NCBI GenBank assembly: GCA_021160405.1 | Contig: JAGHCO010000136.1 | Coordinates: 1 to 26,087, forward strand | Origin: Candidatus Aerophobota bacterium | GTDB lineage: Bacteria; Aerophobota; Aerophobia; Aerophobales; JAGHCO01 | Length of the DNA stretch: 26,087 nucleotides | Direction: 5' to 3' | Shown here: positions 16,901 to 25,875 of the stretch, piece after piece | Position numbering within the stretch: position 1 is the first letter of the stretch | How the letters are laid out: each line of letters starts with the position of its first letter | The notes under the pieces: generated by a model | Told to the model about the DNA's origin: nothing | The model's database searches: none | The model's input: only the letters and a program-made list of their open reading frames with translations | Position numbers and translations under genes: made by a program

Positions 16901-18253
16901 CTATACCTGAGTATCCAACGGTATTTTAGCTACAATTTTAGCCATAGCTGGATTTCTCTTGCATTCTATGGCAAATTCCTCCTCCCGCATCTTATTTCTA
17001 TAACCAGGCTCTTCAAAGGAATACTTAAATTTGGTATGGACATCGTATCTTCCCTCAAGAATGGCTACTGCATCCTCTACAAAAACTATCTCCTCATCAG
17101 TGGGGATGACAAATATCTTTGTCCTGGAATCCTCTGAGGAGATATCTACTTCAGCATTTCTTGTTCTGGCCAGAGCATTTTTTTCCTGGTCATACTTAAT
17201 TCCCAAAATCTCAAGCCCGTTTAAGATCTTCGCTCGGATTGGACTGGATAATTCTCCTACTCCTGCAGTGAAGATAAGGGCATCAACTTCTCCTAAAGCA
17301 GCTGCATAAGCACCGATATACTTCTTAAGCCTATAAGTTTCAATTTCTATAGCAAGTTGAGCTCTTTTTTCACCATTTTCTGCTGCCTTGAGTACATCTC
17401 TTCTATCTGTGTACTTACCGGTTATTCCTAAGATGCCGCTTTTTTTGTTGAGAATATTGTCCATTTCCTCTGTAGTATAACCTTTTTTCCTCATCATAAA
17501 AAGATCAATTGCTGCATCATGATCACCTGCCCGAGTGCCCATAACTGCTCCCTCCAAGGGTGTAAATCCCATGCTTGTATCTAAAGAAACTCCGTTCTTT
17601 ACTGCATTTATGCTAACGCCATTGCCAATGTGACAACTTATCAGATTACATTCAAAGGGATCTTTACCAAGCAAAACAGCTGCTCTTTTCGCTACATATA
17701 ATAGAGAAGTTCCATGGAAACCGTATCTCCTTACGCCGTATTCCTCATACCATTCGTAAGGCAAGGCGTAAATGTAAGCATAAGAAGGCATTGTTTGATG
17801 CCAGGCTGTGTCAAAGACAGCCACCTGGGGAATATTGGGCAGCAGTGATTTTGCTGCCTCTATTCCTGCGATATTAGGTGGATTATGGAGAGGAGCGAGG
17901 GAGGCAACTTCCTTAATCATATCCAAAACTTTCTCATTGATAAGAACGGATTTAGTGAACTTTTCTCCTCCGTGCACTACCCGGTGCGACACCACCTTAA
18001 TTTCTTTGAGGTCCCCCATCACTTCCTTCCCTGAATTCATCAAAGTATCAATGATAAGCTTAATAGCTATTTTATGATTTGGGCATTCATGGTTAAGGCG
18101 AAGAGGGTCTCTTCCTGGTACCTCTTGGATGATAAAAGATCCTCCTATTGTAACTCTTTCTACTATTCCCCTAGCCTTGATTTTCCTATCATCCCAATCG
18201 TAGAGTAAATATTTAACCGAGGAACTGCCACAATTCAAGGATAAGATAAGCAT
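16901..18253 (-). CDS. ackA: Acetate kinase
   Basis: 450 aa. NCGSSS, HRVVHGG, PLHNP, GFHGTS, HIGNG, FTAGVGE, PTDEE; C-terminal extension. Confidence 0.96.
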   Translation of the reverse strand: MLILSLNCGSSSVKYLLYDWDDRKIKARGIVERVTIGGSFIIQEVPGRDPLRLNHECPNHKIAIKLIIDTLMNSGKEVMGDLKEIKVVSHRVVHGGEKFTKSVLINEKVLDMIKEVASLAPLHNPPNIAGIEAAKSLLPNIPQVAVFDTAWHQTMPSYAYIYALPYEWYEEYGVRRYGFHGTSLLYVAKRAAVLLGKDPFECNLISCHIGNGVSINAVKNGVSLDTSMGFTPLEGAVMGTRAGDHDAAIDLFMMRKKGYTTEEMDNILNKKSGILGITGKYTDRRDVLKAAENGEKRAQLAIEIETYRLKKYIGAYAAALGEVDALIFTAGVGELSSPIRAKILNGLEILGIKYDQEKNALARTRNAEVDISSEDSRTKIFVIPTDEEIVFVEDAVAILEGRYDVHTKFKYSFEEPGYRNKMREEEFAIECKRNPAMAKIVAKIPLDTQV

Positions 18254-18263
18254 TAGTTTCTCC

Positions 18264-19283
18264 TTAAAGTTTTACCGCTTGCTCTTCCAATATTTGTGAT
18301 TGGACTGCAGTTATGGCTATTACTCCTACAATATCCTGAACACTACATCCCCTCGAAAGATCGTTTACCTGTTTAGTGAGCCCTTGAACAAGAGGCCCGT
18401 AGGCCTGAGCCCTGGCTAATCTTTGGGTTAACTTATAAGCGATGTTACCGCAATTTAAATCGGGGAAGATTAAGACATTTGCCCTACCCGCCACAGAACT
18501 TCCTGGAGCTTTTCTTGCTGCTATAGAGGGCACTAATGCAGCATCGCCTTGCAGTTCACCATCAATTAACAGATCCGGCCTTCTTCGCTGAGCAATAGAT
18601 GTTGCCTCAACAACCTTGTCCACTGTGGAGTTCTTACCACTACCTTTGGTGGAAAAGGAAAGCATAGCCACTCTTGGCTCAATGCCGATTAAGCTTTTTG
18701 CTGTTTCAGCAGAGACAATAGCAATTTCAGCTAATTGTTCAGCATTTGGATTAGTTACCATCCCACTATCGGCAAAGATGAAAAGTCCCTTTTCGCCATA
18801 AGGACAATCAGGAACAACCATCACAAAATAAGCAGATACTGTCTTGATATTCCTCATTCTTTTAAAAACCTGTAATGGTGGTCTTAAAGTCCAACTGGTG
18901 TGATGAGCTGCTCCTGAAACTGCACCATCGGCATCGCCTAAATAGACCATCATAGTGGCATAATACATTGGATCTTTTAAAATCTTTGTAGATTCATCCA
19001 AACTTACGCCCTTTTTCTTGCGTAGTTCATAAAATTTTTGGGCGTAAAGTTCTCTCTTCTCAGAAGTAAGGGGATTAACAATCAGGATTCCATCAATATT
19101 AACCCCCTCTTTTTTAGCTACCGAGAGAATCTCATCCTTATCTCCTAAAAGGATTATCCTGGCAATGTTTTCCTTTAATATAACTTCTGCTGCCCTTAAA
19201 ATTCTTTTCTCTCTTCCCTCTGGTAGGACAATAACCTTTGAAGTTTTCCTTGCCTGTTCTTTAATTTTTTCTATGAACTCCAT
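18264..19283 (-). CDS. pta: Phosphate acetyltransferase (short form)
   Basis: 339 aa. VLPEG, AMLSFSTKGS, DGELQGDAA, FPDLNCGNIAYKL, DLSRGCS. Confidence 0.95.
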   Translation of the reverse strand: MEFIEKIKEQARKTSKVIVLPEGREKRILRAAEVILKENIARIILLGDKDEILSVAKKEGVNIDGILIVNPLTSEKRELYAQKFYELRKKKGVSLDESTKILKDPMYYATMMVYLGDADGAVSGAAHHTSWTLRPPLQVFKRMRNIKTVSAYFVMVVPDCPYGEKGLFIFADSGMVTNPNAEQLAEIAIVSAETAKSLIGIEPRVAMLSFSTKGSGKNSTVDKVVEATSIAQRRRPDLLIDGELQGDAALVPSIAARKAPGSSVAGRANVLIFPDLNCGNIAYKLTQRLARAQAYGPLVQGLTKQVNDLSRGCSVQDIVGVIAITAVQSQILEEQAVKL

Positions 19284-19301
19284 ATCTTTTTCCCCTTAGG
19301 A

Positions 19302-20231
19302 TTAAGCATTCTCTCCAGCTAAGGCTAACAGCTTTTTTTCCTTTTCCTCTATATTTTTTTGCAGTTCTTCAACTACTTTCTTGTTTTCCTCCTTAAGAAG
19401 ATGTCTGAATCTGCCCTGAGATTCTAACCAATCCTTTAAAGGTTTTTTCTTTCTCGGTTTATAAGTGATTCTGTACTTACCATTCTCAATCTCATATAAG
19501 GGCCAGAATCCTGAAAGAACAGCTAATTTAGCTATTTCAATGGTTTGATCAGCAGGATATCTCCACCCTCTGGGACAGGGGGAAAGAATATTAATGAAAG
19601 AGGGACCATTTGCACTTAAGGCTTTTTGAACTTTTTTCATTAAATCATTGTAATAACCAGGAGAAGCTTGAGCAACATAGGGAATATTGTGAGCAGCAAC
19701 AATTTGAGTTAAGTCTTTTCTATATTCAGTTTTACCTTCAGGAATAGCTTTACCTGCTGGAGATGTAGTAGTAGAAGCTCCCCGGGGACTAGCACTGGAG
19801 CGCTGTATGCCCGTATTCATATAAGCCTCGTTGTCATAGCAGATATACAGAAATCTATGACCTCTTTCTAAGGCTCCTGAGAGAGCTTGAATCCCAATAT
19901 CATAGGTTCCCCCATCTCCTCCAAAGGCAATAAATCTTATTTCTTTGTCTATCTTTCCCTGTCTTTTCAATGAGCGATAAGCAGCCTCAACTCCAGAAAT
20001 AGTAGATGCTGCATTTTCAAAGGCATTATGAATCCAGGGTACCTTCCAGGCAGTGTAAGGATAAATGGTGGTTCCTACTTCTAAACATCCTGTAGAACAA
20101 CAAATTACCACTGGGGTATCCACTGCTAAAAGAACCTGTCTTACAATAATAGGTGCCCCACACCCGGGACAAAGTCGGTGACCATTTGAAAAAAGTTCTT
20201 CTTTTTTAGATAAATCTTTAAGAGACGGCAT
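19302..20231 (-). CDS. porB: Pyruvate:ferredoxin oxidoreductase beta subunit
   Basis: GHRLCPGCG, GGDGGTYDIG (TPP), DNEAYMNTGIQRS, SPCPRGW. Confidence 0.93.
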   Translation of the reverse strand: MPSLKDLSKKEELFSNGHRLCPGCGAPIIVRQVLLAVDTPVVICCSTGCLEVGTTIYPYTAWKVPWIHNAFENAASTISGVEAAYRSLKRQGKIDKEIRFIAFGGDGGTYDIGIQALSGALERGHRFLYICYDNEAYMNTGIQRSSASPRGASTTTSPAGKAIPEGKTEYRKDLTQIVAAHNIPYVAQASPGYYNDLMKKVQKALSANGPSFINILSPCPRGWRYPADQTIEIAKLAVLSGFWPLYEIENGKYRITYKPRKKKPLKDWLESQGRFRHLLKEENKKVVEELQKNIEEKEKKLLALAGENA

Positions 20232-20243
20232 TTTTTTCTCCTG

Positions 20244-21425
20244 TTATTCTCTTACTCCTAAATAATTAACTAAGTTTTTAACTTTTCCTGTTTTCCTAAT
20301 CTGAATAAGATCCTGAAAAACTTTTTTAATATCTTCTATTCCAATATTTCTCCCTCCCAATCCATAAATGTAGTTAACTACGGGAATTCTTCTTTCCTCA
20401 TCAAGCAAGGCTGACCTTACCTCTAAGAAAATTGGTCCTCCTACAGCTCCAAAAGAAGCAGAACGATCCATAACTGCTACTACTGCCACTTTTCTTAGAC
20501 TCTGTTTAATCTCATCCTGAGGGAAAGGTCTGAAAGCTCTTATCTTTAAAAGTTTTGCATTTATTCCTTCCTCTTTTAGCTCCTCTATCGCTCCCTTTAC
20601 TGTTCCTGCAGTAGATCCTGCGGCTATTACCACTAAATCTGCATCCGGGGAACCAAACTCCTCTATCAACTCATAGCTTCTTCCAGAAAGCTGAGTGTAC
20701 TCTCCCCCTATTTTTTTAATTACATCAAGAGCATTTTTCATAGCTTCTACTTGCTGGCGCTTATGCTCAAAGTAGTAATCAAAGAGATCGAGAGGGCCGT
20801 AAGTTACAGGATTATCTATATCCAAAAGTGGATAGCGGGGATTATACTTTCCTATAAATTTTCTTACCTGTTCATCTTCAAGTATCTTCACTCTTTCTGT
20901 TCCATGGGAGATGATAAACCCATCAAAGGTAACCATTACTGGAAGAAGAACACTTTTATCTTCTGCAATACGCACAGCTTGAATAAGATTGTCGTAAATT
21001 TCCTGACAGTTCTCACTGTAAAGTTGAATCCAACCCGAATCTCTTGCTCCCATAGAATCTGAGTGGTCACAGTGAATATTGATGGGACCACTTAAGGCCC
21101 GATTTACCACAGGCATCACTATGGGTAATCTTAAAGAAGCTGCTATATAAACAATTTCCCACATTAAAGCTAAACCATTAGCTGAGGTAGCTGTCATTGC
21201 TCTTGCCCCAGCCGATGCAGCTCCTACACAAGCACTCATAGCTGAGTGCTCACTCTCTACTCTTACCATTTCTGTATCTACGAGACCATTAGCTACAAAT
21301 TCAGAAAATATTTGCACTATCTCTGTTTGAGGGGTAATAGGATAAGCTGCCATTACATCTGGATTAATTTGCCGTATAGTCTCAGCAGCAATTTCATCGC
21401 CTGTCATAGCTTTAATTGTTTCCAT
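20244..21425 (-). CDS. porA: Pyruvate:ferredoxin oxidoreductase alpha subunit
   Basis: AYPITPQT, ESEHSAMS, TATSANGLALM, NRALSGPINIHCDHSD. Confidence 0.93.
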   Translation of the reverse strand: METIKAMTGDEIAAETIRQINPDVMAAYPITPQTEIVQIFSEFVANGLVDTEMVRVESEHSAMSACVGAASAGARAMTATSANGLALMWEIVYIAASLRLPIVMPVVNRALSGPINIHCDHSDSMGARDSGWIQLYSENCQEIYDNLIQAVRIAEDKSVLLPVMVTFDGFIISHGTERVKILEDEQVRKFIGKYNPRYPLLDIDNPVTYGPLDLFDYYFEHKRQQVEAMKNALDVIKKIGGEYTQLSGRSYELIEEFGSPDADLVVIAAGSTAGTVKGAIEELKEEGINAKLLKIRAFRPFPQDEIKQSLRKVAVVAVMDRSASFGAVGGPIFLEVRSALLDEERRIPVVNYIYGLGGRNIGIEDIKKVFQDLIQIRKTGKVKNLVNYLGVRE

Positions 21426-21426
21426 T

Positions 21427-21735
21427 TTATTTTTCTCCTTCTTTTTCAGCTTTATACTTAGCCTCTTCTATCATCTCAATTGCTTTGAATGGGCATTCAG
21501 TAGAACATATTCCGCATCCCTTACAATAATCATACCTAAAACCTTTCATTTTCCCATCTTCCACTATAATAGAGCTATCGGGGCAATATATCCAACATAT
21601 AAGGCAATGCTTACACTTTTTCTCATCTAAAACTGGACGAAAGGTTCTCCAACTCCCTGTTAAGTATTCCTTAGCACTTCCTGCCTCTAAAATAAGACCT
21701 CCCAAAGGAACATCTTTCCAACCCTTCTCTTTCAT
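21427..21735 (-). CDS. porD: Pyruvate:ferredoxin oxidoreductase delta subunit (2x[4Fe-4S])
   Basis: TGSWRTFRP, CKHCLICWIYCP, CKGCGICSTECP. Confidence 0.93.
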   Translation of the reverse strand: MKEKGWKDVPLGGLILEAGSAKEYLTGSWRTFRPVLDEKKCKHCLICWIYCPDSSIIVEDGKMKGFRYDYCKGCGICSTECPFKAIEMIEEAKYKAEKEGEK

Positions 21736-22304
21736 TCTAATTTTACCTCCTCATAAGCCTTCTCAATAGCTGAGATGTTGCTTTCCGCTATCTTAGAGCT
21801 AAATTTCTTTTCAAATTTTTCTCTCACACTGGAAAGCAAAGTTTCCAGTTTTATAAGTGGATTTGCTTTAATTAAAGCTCCCAACATTGGCATATTGGGA
21901 AGATTTCTTCCCAGTGTCTTTAGGGAAATAGAAGTAGCATCTACGGTAAAAACTTTTCCCTTATTAAACTTTAATCTTTCTCTAATCTCTTCAGGAGAAG
22001 ATTTAGTATTTACTAAAAGGATTCCTTCATCTCCCAGACCTTGGGTAACATTAGCTACCTCCAGTAAAGTGGAATCAAGCACCACTACAGCCTCAGGGTT
22101 GACAATATCACAGTGAATTAAAATTGGACTTTTACTAATTCTGGTAAAAGCTTTCATAGGAGCTCCTTCTCTTTCCGGGCCATATTCAGGAAAACCCTGA
22201 ATATATTTTCCCTCTTTCAAGGCGGCTCCAGCTAAAAGCAAAGCTGCTGTTTTAGCTCCCTGACCGGCTCTCCCATGCCAGCGGATCTCAGTAATCTTTT
22301 TCAT
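21732..22304 (-). CDS. porC: Pyruvate:ferredoxin oxidoreductase gamma subunit
   Basis: EIRWHGRAGQGAKTA, FPEYGPEREGAP. Start placed at ATG 22304 (GGGAGG RBS) rather than 22325. Confidence 0.92.
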   Translation of the reverse strand: MKKITEIRWHGRAGQGAKTAALLLAGAALKEGKYIQGFPEYGPEREGAPMKAFTRISKSPILIHCDIVNPEAVVVLDSTLLEVANVTQGLGDEGILLVNTKSSPEEIRERLKFNKGKVFTVDATSISLKTLGRNLPNMPMLGALIKANPLIKLETLLSSVREKFEKKFSSKIAESNISAIEKAYEEVKLE

Positions 22305-22349
22305 TAAAAGCCTCCCTTCATGCACTAATTTTCTTGCAAAATTTATGCT

Positions 22350-22377
22350 ATTCTATCTGAAATTATTGGATTGTCAA
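22350..22377 (-). promoter_or_regulatory. Putative sigma70 promoter for porCDAB-pta-ackA
   Basis: On the - strand: TTGACA (22377-22372), 16 nt, TAGAAT (22355-22350). Confidence 0.55.
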
Positions 22378-22388
22378 ATTTTAAATTT

Positions 22389-24257
22389 TTAAGCCTCTTC
22401 ACGGTGTCTTTCTGCAAGAAGTACAATATCACGCAATTCATCAATGTTCCGCGCTCTCAACCAATTTCTATCAAAATTTGCATCCTCCACAATTTGCGCA
22501 ATTGCTGAGAGTACTCGCAGGTGAAAGTTCCTCTCATCACGTGTGCCAACTAAAATAAATACAGCATATACAGGTGGCATATCATCTACAAAGTTGACTC
22601 CACTCTTGCATCGTGCAATTAGCAGATCAAATTTATGTTTACCTTCAATAATTATATGCGGAATTGCAAGTCCTGGACGTATCTCTGTTGTTGATTCTTT
22701 TTCACGCAAAACGAGTGCATTGAACAGTTCCCCATAGTTAGTGTTTAACCGTCTGGCAAGTTTCTCTGCTGCTACTTTAAGGAACTGCGTAAGTGTAAGC
22801 TCTTTATCTATATCTATTATCTTGCAGTTCTTTACTAATTTATCAAATCTATCCTCTATTATATTATCACGTTCCCTTAATATTCCCCGCAGCTCAGCAC
22901 CTAATGAATCACTTGCTATTTCTCTGGCAGTAACACGTTCAATTATATGTAATAGAGCAGACTTACGCGTCGCACGACCATGAACATAAATCCAGTACCA
23001 CACAAGACTAACAAGGATAAATACACTTGCTGTTATAAGTGCAACAAAACCCATCTCGTATAATAAAAAACCATAACAGATAAGCCCGGCTATCTGTAAC
23101 CAGGGATAAAAGGGTGAGAGAAATGTTGGTTTATAGTTCATAAGGTGACTCTCTCTCATAACGATGCATGCCAGCAGTTCAAGCATATACATCATAATCA
23201 GCGCTGTGGAGGCAACTTCTACAAGGTTTTCAATGCTTAGAAAAAGTATAACTGCTAACATAAAAATTCCTGTAAATATTATTGAAAAGTGAGGTGTGTT
23301 AAATTTTTTATTTATTTGAGCAAAGAAATCAGGTAAGATTTGGTCACGACTCATTGCTATTGGATATCGTGAAGCAGCTAAAATACCAGCATTGGCAGTT
23401 GATACAAAGGCAAATATTGCGCCAATTGACATCAATACACTGCCAAATGTTTCAAATATTTTGTATCCACCAGTTGATATTGGTGTAAGTGAACCTGCAA
23501 ATTCATGACTATCAAGCAAACCCACTGTTACAAAAATAGTTAGCCCATAAAGTAGTAATACAATAAAGAATGCCAATATCATACTATAGGGGATATTTTT
23601 TGTAGGATTTTTAACCTCTTCAGCAATACTTGCAATCTTTGTTATCCCACCAAATGATATAAAAACCATACCTGCTGCAGCAAACAATGTATGTGCACCA
23701 AATGGGATAAATGGTGTGTATCTGTGAATATTAAGTGAGGTAAAACCACGAAAAATATAAAGGAGCAGCAAACTTATAAGTAAAATTACAAGTAAAATCT
23801 GAACCCTACCTGTAAGTTTAACACTTCTCAAGTTAAGAATTACGAAAAGGACACAAAAACCTGCCGCAATAAGCTTAATTTGCCAGAGGGTAAGATTGGG
23901 ATTAATTAATATTGCAAATGCACCAATACCAACCAATGCAAATGCACTTTTAATGCTGAGAGAAAACCACTCTGCAAAGCCACCTATCACCCCTGCTACC
24001 GAGCCCATACTTCTCTCAACAAAAAAATAACCACCGCCTGCCTTAGGCATAGCTGTAGCAAGCTCAGCCTTGGTAAATAGAGCAGGTAGAACAAATATAC
24101 CTGCTAAAATATAAGCTAAGATTACTGCTGGACCAGTTTTAGCATAAATTAGACCTGGGAGAACAAATAAACCTGAGCTGATCATTGCACCTGCAGCGAT
24201 GCAAAAGACATCTAAAAGGCTTAGTTGTCGAGTTAATCGCTTATGATTGGCGTGCAT
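22389..24257 (-). CDS. APC-family amino acid permease fused to a C-terminal PTS EIIA(Ntr/Fru)-like domain
   Basis: 622 aa. AAGAMISSGLF (TM1), ELATAMPKAGGGY, FISFGG...IAEEVKNP; soluble C-terminus with LREKESTT...GLAIPH (conserved His). Confidence 0.9.
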   Translation of the reverse strand: MHANHKRLTRQLSLLDVFCIAAGAMISSGLFVLPGLIYAKTGPAVILAYILAGIFVLPALFTKAELATAMPKAGGGYFFVERSMGSVAGVIGGFAEWFSLSIKSAFALVGIGAFAILINPNLTLWQIKLIAAGFCVLFVILNLRSVKLTGRVQILLVILLISLLLLYIFRGFTSLNIHRYTPFIPFGAHTLFAAAGMVFISFGGITKIASIAEEVKNPTKNIPYSMILAFFIVLLLYGLTIFVTVGLLDSHEFAGSLTPISTGGYKIFETFGSVLMSIGAIFAFVSTANAGILAASRYPIAMSRDQILPDFFAQINKKFNTPHFSIIFTGIFMLAVILFLSIENLVEVASTALIMMYMLELLACIVMRESHLMNYKPTFLSPFYPWLQIAGLICYGFLLYEMGFVALITASVFILVSLVWYWIYVHGRATRKSALLHIIERVTAREIASDSLGAELRGILRERDNIIEDRFDKLVKNCKIIDIDKELTLTQFLKVAAEKLARRLNTNYGELFNALVLREKESTTEIRPGLAIPHIIIEGKHKFDLLIARCKSGVNFVDDMPPVYAVFILVGTRDERNFHLRVLSAIAQIVEDANFDRNWLRARNIDELRDIVLLAERHREEA

Positions 24258-24307
24258 AGTTTATTGTCCCTATAATCCAATTATTTATAAAAATTTTGTA
24301 ACAGTTT

Positions 24308-24475
24308 AGCCACTAAGTCACCAAGGCACAAAGAAAAAGATAAGCCTTAAACCCATAAAGATAATCTTAATACCTTTTCTTAATAGCTAAGAAATTACGA
24401 AGAGATCATCATTAAAAATGGTATTAGGAGAATTATTGTATAATCTTGGTGTCTTCGTGTCTTGGTGGCTGAATA
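24308..24475. repeat. Mini-element bounded by inverted copies of a period-8 (NcacNaag) repeat
   Basis: agccactaagtcaccaaggcacaaag (24308-24333) faces cttggtgtcttcgtgtcttggtggctgaata (24445-24475). Confidence 0.65.
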
Positions 24476-24497
24476 ATTACCCTTATTTTATATTTTC

Positions 24498-25658
24498 CTA
24501 CAAATTTGGTCTCCAGATCCTTACAATAAATTCCTGACCCCGTTCTTCAAAGTCAGGCTCTCTACCAGTGTATTTTTTTAAAAGTCTTATCATTCGAGGT
24601 ATACCAGTTCCAATCTGGGTCATATACCCCATCTTTGCAAGATAAGAAACAATAAGTTGATTTCGTTCTGAATGTACACCTAACTTTATGTTTTCTAAGG
24701 TAACAGTATTGGGCAATTTTCCGGGGCTCATAATTTCCAATCTGTTATCAAATATAAAAATGCGGATTTGAGAAGGGATATGATAATCACGATGGGCGAC
24801 AGCATTAACTACTGCTTCTCTTAATACTCCTCTGGGAATTTCAAATTTTAACTCATTTTCAAATCCTTCAATTTTAACCTTTGTTCTAAGATATTGATTT
24901 AAGACTCTATCTGCACCATCTATTTGTTCTTCGAGTTTCCCCTCCAGATCCTTTTTCTCAAATTCTTCTCCTATTTCATTGCCATAAAATTTTGCTATTG
25001 TAATTTTACATACAGGAAAGTGTTTCTGTGGATTTAATGCAAAAAGAAGATAGCCACCAACGGTAAAGACTAACTTTTCATCCATCAGTGTTAAAACTTT
25101 CATATTTTCCAATAGTTTATTCAAGTCAACATTCATCTCTTCAATCTTTGTTTGGTAAAAACTTTCAAAAAATCTTCTAAAATAAAGTATGTCTAATTCA
25201 TCAACAGAAGTTGTAGGCACAGGTAGCTCGTCATAATAAATAGAACGGGTCGCTTGATACAGTCTTAGAAGTTCTTCTCTTGAAGCTTGTCTCCTGCCAG
25301 AGCTTGTTCTAATATAATATACACCTCTATTAGTTCTATAAGGTCTTTCCGGCCCTTTGGGTATATAAATACATAAGATTATTTTTTTATTGACCTTAAC
25401 TTTTTCTATACTAATAGCAAGTGAAGGCTCGCAGTTATTATGAGAGATATTTTCAACCCTGTGCATTTCTATATCAGGTTTTGATACACCCTTTATCTCT
25501 TTTTTATCAGAAACTCCTAAAAGTATTTTTCCTCCTTCAGTGTTTGCAAAAGCAACAATCTCAGCAGCTATATCATCAGGATGAACTTTTTCTTCTTTAA
25601 ATTCAGTAAATGAATCTTCCCCCTTTTTGATTATCTCTAATAACCCAACTTTATTCAT
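24498..25658 (-). CDS. AlbA_2/Schlafen-domain protein with a RecG-C-like (HATPase_c_4) domain
   Basis: KGEDSFTEFK, IVAFANTEGGKILLGVSD, REAVVNAVAHRDY, SPGKLP, GTGIPRM. Probable start MNKV at 25658; the ORF is open to 25712. Confidence 0.85.
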   Translation of the reverse strand: MNKVGLLEIIKKGEDSFTEFKEEKVHPDDIAAEIVAFANTEGGKILLGVSDKKEIKGVSKPDIEMHRVENISHNNCEPSLAISIEKVKVNKKIILCIYIPKGPERPYRTNRGVYYIRTSSGRRQASREELLRLYQATRSIYYDELPVPTTSVDELDILYFRRFFESFYQTKIEEMNVDLNKLLENMKVLTLMDEKLVFTVGGYLLFALNPQKHFPVCKITIAKFYGNEIGEEFEKKDLEGKLEEQIDGADRVLNQYLRTKVKIEGFENELKFEIPRGVLREAVVNAVAHRDYHIPSQIRIFIFDNRLEIMSPGKLPNTVTLENIKLGVHSERNQLIVSYLAKMGYMTQIGTGIPRMIRLLKKYTGREPDFEERGQEFIVRIWRPNL

Positions 25659-25716
25659 TTTGAATATTTTCAATAGCCTCCTTTTTCGTTTTGCCCTGTG
25701 AAATACATCCAAACAT

Positions 25717-25774
25717 AAAAAAGGGGACAGGCTACTTTTTTCTCCAAAAAAGGGGACAGGCTACTTTTTTCTCC
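25717..25774. repeat. Perfect 2 x 29-bp tandem duplication (aaaaaaggggacaggctacttttttctcc)
   Basis: Units at 25717-25745 and 25746-25774 are identical. Confidence 0.9.
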
Positions 25775-25875
25775 TCTGAGTGTAAGAATTTCTAATAGAG
25801 GGAAAATAATCCCAGCCAATAGGGATAAGACAGCAATTTATTATCTTATTATAGACATTGATTTTTTCAGTGTAC

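Noticed and set aside
16775-17137. 120-aa + strand ORF beginning MCHCEEC
   Set aside because: It is a translation of the palindromic repeat plus the antisense strand of ackA.
3988-22304. Selenoprotein (glycine reductase) or stop-codon readthrough
   Set aside because: No in-frame TGA in the intact ORFs and no grd-like genes were recognised.
25717-25774. CRISPR array
   Set aside because: There are only two 29-bp units, directly adjacent with no spacer, and no cas genes.
25775-25850. Hydrophobic peptide IAVLSLLAGIIFPLL on the - strand, vaguely prepilin-like
   Set aside because: It is preceded by two in-frame stops, lacks the GFTLIE motif and is too short to support.
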